A stretch of 64,000 bases of DNA from Felis catus (Eukaryota), in contig NC_058368.1 of NCBI RefSeq assembly GCF_018350175.1, forward strand, positions 49,601,815 through 49,665,814, written 5' to 3'. The translations under genes and the position numbers were made by a program. The notes under the pieces are model-generated. The model was not told where the DNA came from, ran no database searches, and saw only the letters and a program-made list of their open reading frames with translations. Below are positions 62,235 to 64,000 of this stretch, piece after piece. Within the stretch, counting starts at the first letter, position 1, and each line of letters begins with the position of its first letter.

Positions 62235-62329
62235 TTCATCTTCTTTTCTTTCTTCCCTACCTTCTCTCCTTCCTTCCTTCCTTCCTTCCTTCCTTCCTTC
62301 CTTCCTTCCTTCCTTCCTTCCTTCTTTCT
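62235..62329. repeat. (TTCC)n polypyrimidine tract
   Basis: About 14 perfect TTCC units plus degenerate flanks. Confidence 0.97.
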
Positions 62330-62677
62330 AAACTTATATAAAACCCCTCAGTTTAAGACTAAAATTGCCTGTAACAGAGATTCTCAAATAGGAAGTCCAA
62401 GATGCTAATGAAAATGTAAAGCTTCCCGTCAGGATGTCTGATTTCTTCTCTAAACTGTATGGAGCTACAGGCAATAAAGATCTCTAGCCATACAGGCTCT
62501 TGAAACAGAAGCCTACTTGGCATCCTATCCTCTATCCTTCCTCTCACCCTTTTTTCTTACACATCTAAGTTTCCCTGCCGAAGAAACAATGAACTGAGGA
62601 AACCATGTAGTGAGCCCTTAAGACCACTCTGAACTACCAGCTTCTGCTAAAAAACCTTAAGTTAAAGAATAGGTCCA

Positions 62678-62895
62678 GGGGCACCTGGGTCTCAGTCAGT
62701 TAAGTGTCTGACTTCAGCTCAGGTCATGATCTCACAGTTTGTGGGTTCGAGCTCCACATTGGGCTCTGTGCTGACAGCTCAGAGCCTGGAGCCTGCTTTG
62801 GATTCTGTGTCTCCCTCTCTCTCTGCCTCTCCCCCATCCATGCTCTGACTCTGTCTCTCAAAAATAAATAAACATTAAAAAAACTAAAAAGAGAG
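62678..62895 (+). mobile_element. Can-SINE (SINEC_Fc-type)
   Basis: Typical body with a small deletion in the A box. TSD aaagaatag[g/t]t[c/t]ca at ~62664 and ~62896. Confidence 0.95.
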
Positions 62896-62939
62896 AAAGA
62901 ATAGTTTCAGGTTGCAGTGTCAGAAGCCCCCCCCTCCCA

Positions 62940-62940
<1 letters not shown>

Positions 62941-62985
<45 letters not shown>
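62941..62985. repeat. (CA)n microsatellite
   Basis: About 22 CA units. Confidence 0.98.
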
Positions 62986-62988
<3 letters not shown>

Positions 62989-62999
62989 CAACAGCTGCC

Positions 63000-63093
63000 C
63001 AGGGCTGTTGTGTGTTACATGACTTCAGGAGCACCACACATATATTTTATGTGGATGATGCTCCATGGAAGCATGTAGCATGCATCAGCCCTA
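63000..63093. mobile_element. Palindromic hAT-Tip100 MITE (MER91-like)
   Basis: Left cagggctgttgtgtgttacatgacttcaggagcaccacacata pairs with right tatgtggatgatgctccatggaagcatgtagcatgcatcagcccta. Confidence 0.7.
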
Positions 63094-63374
63094 CCAATCT
63101 CCCTTAGCATGAACTTGCTTCATTGCCAATGCTCAGTCGTCCACATTGTAGATGGAAGGCTTTCCAGACTGGTCAATTTGAAAATATTCTAATACTCAAC
63201 CTCTGAAATCTATGTCTTTTTTCTTTCTTACTCCACATATTTTCCTCTCATAAAATTAATCTGGCACAAAGTCATGCTTTGTTGCTTTGCCAGCCATGCA
63301 ATTTTGGACCTACTTCCCTTAATTAGGTTATCCCAAAATGGGGAAGAGACTGCTAGTTACCTTACAATATTGTC

Positions 63375-63845
63375 TTTCTTTCTTAATGATGATATTTAGC
63401 TCTACCTTATAAATAATAGAATGCTAATACTTTGGCTGAGAACTATGTCCCAGAGGGAAAAAAAAAAATTGGATTCTCCAGTTTTCCTTGCAGATAGGTG
63501 TGGTCACATAATAAAGTTTTGGTCAAGGAGACAAGAGCGGGAAGTACTGTAGGCAACTCTCAAGAAGCATAAAGGAAGCTGACTCAGGGTATCCAATTTT
63601 TCCCTCCTCCCCAGAATGTGAAAGCGATGTCTAGATCTCAGCAGCCAACTTAGACTCTGAGGTAAACTCAAGGGTGAGAGCCATTTTCTGAATATGATGG
63701 TACCAAAAGGAGTTACTCACCAGGGACATCACAAAACTGCCTGGTTCGGAACTTTTTTCTGAAAGAGAAAAAATTCCTTGGGTTTTGAACCCACTGTGTT
63801 TCAAGTCTCCATTTCTCGCAGTTGAACACAATTCTTAAGCAGTAA
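63375..63845 (+). mobile_element. MaLR solo LTR (MLT1J-like)
   Basis: ccttgcagataggtgtggtcacat..aagttttggtcaa.gaga...gaagt, gcagcca.ctt.gac, gagaaaaa...ccactgt...gcagttgaacacaattct. Confidence 0.7.
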
Positions 63846-64000
63846 GGGAGATAGACGAATTCAACAGATTTCCATTTCATTAAAACAAAACAGATCTCAT
63901 TTATAGCTAAGATATTTTATGAATGATTCAAATAAAAAAAATAGAGAGCAAAAATCAAGTAAGTCATATCCAGAGGGGAAAGTACTTTTCTGTTCACTTT

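Overview
This is AT-rich, repeat-dense mammalian DNA from a cat-like carnivore (felid). The assignment rests on about 15 tRNA-derived Can-SINEs, several of the SINEC_Fc type with a (CT)n linker and A tail, plus carnivore LINE-1s. No protein-coding host gene, rRNA, true tRNA or CRISPR array can be supported. The longer ORFs in the track are broken L1 ORF1/ORF2 fragments, their antisense shadows, SINE read-throughs or chance ORFs. The main elements are: a TSD-flanked L1 with 5'UTR+ORF1+3'UTR but almost no ORF2 (8418-11977); an old L1M element (~33.8-46.6 kb) hit by about nine later insertions, including a full-length felid L1 (39289-45900); a full-length sister of the first L1 (47318-54842) with nested SINEs and a nested L1 3' fragment; and MaLR/ERV solo LTRs, MIR/L2 relics, MITEs and microsatellites. 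The best unexplained signals are a ~345-bp imperfect inverted repeat at 59416-59759, the ORF2-less 'half-L1' with a microhomology junction, a candidate 7-nt micro-exon or HRE at 56582, and repeat-free motif-rich blocks near 24.4-25.0 kb and 58.1 kb. Repeat family names come from recalled consensus sequences, not a database search. Boundaries of old repeats are approximate.
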